Shown in pieces: positions 35,417 through 35,467 of a stretch of 35,467 nucleotides of DNA (the first letter of the stretch is position 1; each line of letters opens with the position of its first letter). This DNA is from an uncultured Thermotogae bacterium (GTDB taxonomy: Bacteria > Bipolaricaulota > Bipolaricaulia > UBA7950 > UBA9294), in the NCBI GenBank assembly GCA_964654805.1, contig CAZZJU010000002.1, positions 1-35,467 on the forward strand. The letters run 5' to 3'. The notes beneath the pieces were generated by a model, which saw only the letters and a program-made list of their open reading frames with translations, had not been told where the DNA came from and made no database searches. The translations under genes and the position numbers were made by a program.

Positions 35417-35467
<51 letters not shown>

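Overview
The window has three blocks. (1) Positions 1-20464, + strand: the 3' part of rpoC (open at the window edge, reading ..[11 protein letters not shown]), followed without a break by a fused str/S10/spc/alpha cluster. This cluster runs rpsL-rpsG-fusA, rpsJ to rpsQ, rplN to rplO, secY-adk-map-infA-rpmJ, and rpsM-rpsK-rpsD-rpoA-rplQ. No intergenic gap exceeds 32 nt, and one hairpin/T-tract terminator sits at 20479-20523. tuf (after fusA) and rpmD (between rpsE and rplO) are absent from their usual slots. rpmJ (17680-17793) is present but falls below the ORF-track size cutoff. (2) Positions 29199 down to 20535, - strand: a tightly packed five-gene operon convergent on the ribosomal cluster. 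Its genes, in order, are a secreted subtilase (S8) ending in a T9SS/FlgD-Ig-type C-terminal sorting-like domain, a small FadL/PorV-like outer-membrane barrel, a ~1300-aa protein (novel N-terminal region, 7-blade Reg_prop-like propeller, large C-terminal beta-barrel ending in Phe), a MoeB/ThiF-type E1-like enzyme, and an SDR-type L-threonine-dehydrogenase-like enzyme. (3) Positions 29518-35467, + strand, divergent from block 2: a secreted DUF4140/DUF4139-like protein, an 84-aa ORF, a phosphohexomutase, leuS, and the 5' part of tRNA-Ala(GGC). The most interesting signal is the translationally coupled protease/barrel/giant-OMP trio. It sits in a stretch of visibly lower third-position GC and looks like a compact cargo/shuttle/channel outer-membrane module. 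That functional reading is inference from motifs and gene context only, not a demonstrated homology. I saw no CRISPR array, transposase, integrase or rRNA.
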